Part shown: piece by piece, positions 62,425 through 64,000 of the stretch | Layout: every line of letters begins with the position of its first letter | Numbering within the stretch: position 1 is the stretch's first letter | The notes under the pieces: generated by a model | The model's database searches: none | The model's input: only the letters and a program-made list of their open reading frames with translations | What the model was told of the DNA's origin: nothing | Translations under genes and position numbers: made by a program | From: Trichormus sp. ATA11-4-KO1 | GTDB lineage: Bacteria > Cyanobacteriota > Cyanobacteriia > Cyanobacteriales > Nostocaceae | Direction: 5' to 3' | Length of the DNA stretch: 64,000 nt | Assembly (NCBI GenBank): GCA_019358915.1 | Contig: JAHHIM010000036.1 | Location: 128,001 to 192,000 of the forward strand

Positions 62425-63999
62425 CTATTCTCTACTTCCCACTCCCAGTGAAGCAATTTGTTTGTAAACAGAAAGAGCCTGAGCTACACATTGATCCATG
62501 TTGTAATACTTATATGTCGCTAGCCGTCCTACAAAATGCACTCCTAGCATGGAATCTGCTAGCGCTTTATATTTCTGGTAAATTTCATTATTCTCAGGAC
62601 GGGGTACGGGGTAATAGGGGTCTCCCTCGGTTTGGGGAAACTCATAAACGATGCTAGTTTTGCTATGTTCCTGTCCAGTCAAATATTTGAATTCTGTGAC
62701 ACGGGTATATAAATGTTCATTGGGATAGTTAATGACTGGTGCTGGTTGAAACACAGGGGTGTTGTGGGTCTCATGCTGGAAATCGATTGACCGATAAGGT
62801 AGTTTGCCATAGCGATAATCAAAAAACTCATCAATCGGCCCGGTATAAACCATCTCACGACAAGGTATCACCTGCTCGATTTCTCGGTAATCGGTATTCA
62901 GCATCACCTTAATGTTGGGGTGGTTTAACATCTTCTCGAACATCCGAGTAAAGCCGTGCAATGGCATCGCTTGATAGGTATCAGTAAAATATCGATTGTC
63001 GCGGTTGGTACGAGTAGGCACTCTAGCGATGACTGATCTATCTAATTCTGAAGGGTCGAGTCCCCATTGTTTGCGAGTGTAGCCTTGGAAAAATTTCTTA
63101 TATAGTTCTTTACCAACTTTACTAATTACTACATCTTCTGATGTACGGATGTATTCTTTCGGTTCGGCAATAGACTTGAAGAACTCTTCCACCTCAAATG
63201 AATTGAGGTTCATGCCATAAAGTTTGTTAATGGTGTCAAGATTAATGGGGATAGGAACCAGTTGCCCATCAACACTAGTAAGAACACGATGTTCGTAAGG
63301 TCGCCATTGAGTGAAGCGGGAGAGGTATTCAAAGACTTCGCGGGAGTTGGTATGAAAAATGTGAGGGCCGTATTTGTGAATGAGAATGCCATGATCATCA
63401 TAGTGATCGTAAGCATTACCACCGATGTGATGACGTTTGTCCACAACTAGCACTCGCTTTCCAGACTGACTGGCCAAACGTTCAGCAATTACACTGCCAG
63501 AAAATCCCGCACCCACAATCAAGTAATCAAATATTAAATCTGTAGTAGCGGGTTCTGCTTTTTCATAAATTAGCATTGCACCATTGGAGTTGATTTTGTT
63601 TTCATCATGGCGGGCGGTCACTGCAAAGTCTATCAGCTTCATCATTGATAACCAAGTGCGATCGCAATCGACGCTACTAGGAAACGCATAGATGTTTGGG
63701 TGCTGATATTCTTTAATGGCGTGAGTACTTTGTTCCCCAATAAATACCAAGTCTGCAAGATGGAAAAGTTCTGTCTCGTATTCGGGGAATGCAGATGGTA
63801 CGCTTTTCATTGTGGGCAAATCATCTATGCAATCATACACAATTGCTTGAGGTTGCAAGTGGCGTGTAAAGGCGATCGCTTTTGATGTACAGTACCAGCA
63901 AATATACTTATAAATATTATTCTCAACAAACAAATCATTAATTAATGTTTGTAAATCTGCATTGATAGCCGCCTCACTCAAACCTTTTGGCAGATATGG
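62425..63999 (-). CDS. glf: UDP-galactopyranose mutase with N-terminal glycosyltransferase-like extension (5' end beyond window)
   Basis: IVGAGFSG, HKYGPHIFHTN, EFP....PYYP, GRLATYKYYNMDQ; frame stays open to the window edge (PYLPKGLSE...). Confidence 0.93.
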   Translation of the reverse strand, partial: PYLPKGLSEAAINADLQTLINDLFVENNIYKYICWYCTSKAIAFTRHLQPQAIVYDCIDDLPTMKSVPSAFPEYETELFHLADLVFIGEQSTHAIKEYQHPNIYAFPSSVDCDRTWLSMMKLIDFAVTARHDENKINSNGAMLIYEKAEPATTDLIFDYLIVGAGFSGSVIAERLASQSGKRVLVVDKRHHIGGNAYDHYDDHGILIHKYGPHIFHTNSREVFEYLSRFTQWRPYEHRVLTSVDGQLVPIPINLDTINKLYGMNLNSFEVEEFFKSIAEPKEYIRTSEDVVISKVGKELYKKFFQGYTRKQWGLDPSELDRSVIARVPTRTNRDNRYFTDTYQAMPLHGFTRMFEKMLNHPNIKVMLNTDYREIEQVIPCREMVYTGPIDEFFDYRYGKLPYRSIDFQHETHNTPVFQPAPVINYPNEHLYTRVTEFKYLTGQEHSKTSIVYEFPQTEGDPYYPVPRPENNEIYQKYKALADSMLGVHFVGRLATYKYYNMDQCVAQALSVYKQIASLGVGSRE

Positions 64000-64000
64000 C

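Overview
Chromosomal window from a filamentous, most likely Nostoc-type cyanobacterium. This rests on abundant HIP1 octamers (GCGATCGC), STRR heptamer repeats and genes such as petM, ycf39, nblR, acsF and hemN. Positions 1-5.2 kb hold the downstream part of a lasso-peptide (RiPP) cluster: cyclase C-terminus, precursor, HPr-kinase-like kinase, ABC exporter and nucleotidyltransferase. A secreted GH30-like hydrolase follows. Positions 7.4-26.8 kb are a convergent, AT-rich, Wzx/Wzy-type polysaccharide cluster with eight GT2/GT4 glycosyltransferases, a WecB/TagA-type transferase, three pyruvyl-transferase-family genes and an unexpected MurB-like reductase; an internally deleted IS701-like element sits inside it. 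Positions 27-64 kb are mostly core genes: two tRNA-Leu, murA, cobU, acsF/hemN, Mn catalase, pdxA, petM, ycf39, NAD kinase, nblR, GH31, a hybrid kinase, cyaD and glf. Highlights: (i) a small basic ORF with an ArfA-like KGxGGS motif and an intrinsic terminator before its own stop codon, a candidate non-stop-mRNA-regulated ribosome rescue factor; (ii) an atypical Phe1/Asp9 lasso precursor with a 53-aa core, paired with kinase and NTase next to the EPS locus; (iii) a pyruvyltransferase plus MurB-like pair that could make lactyl-ether sugars; (iv) a probable AUU start for murA; (v) 21- and 27-nt in-frame insertions splitting HIP1 sites inside genes; (vi) deletion-eroded genes (msrA, heme oxygenase, alpha-hydroxy-acid oxidase), two of them absent from the ORF track. 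All calls come from reading motifs by eye; no database searches were run.
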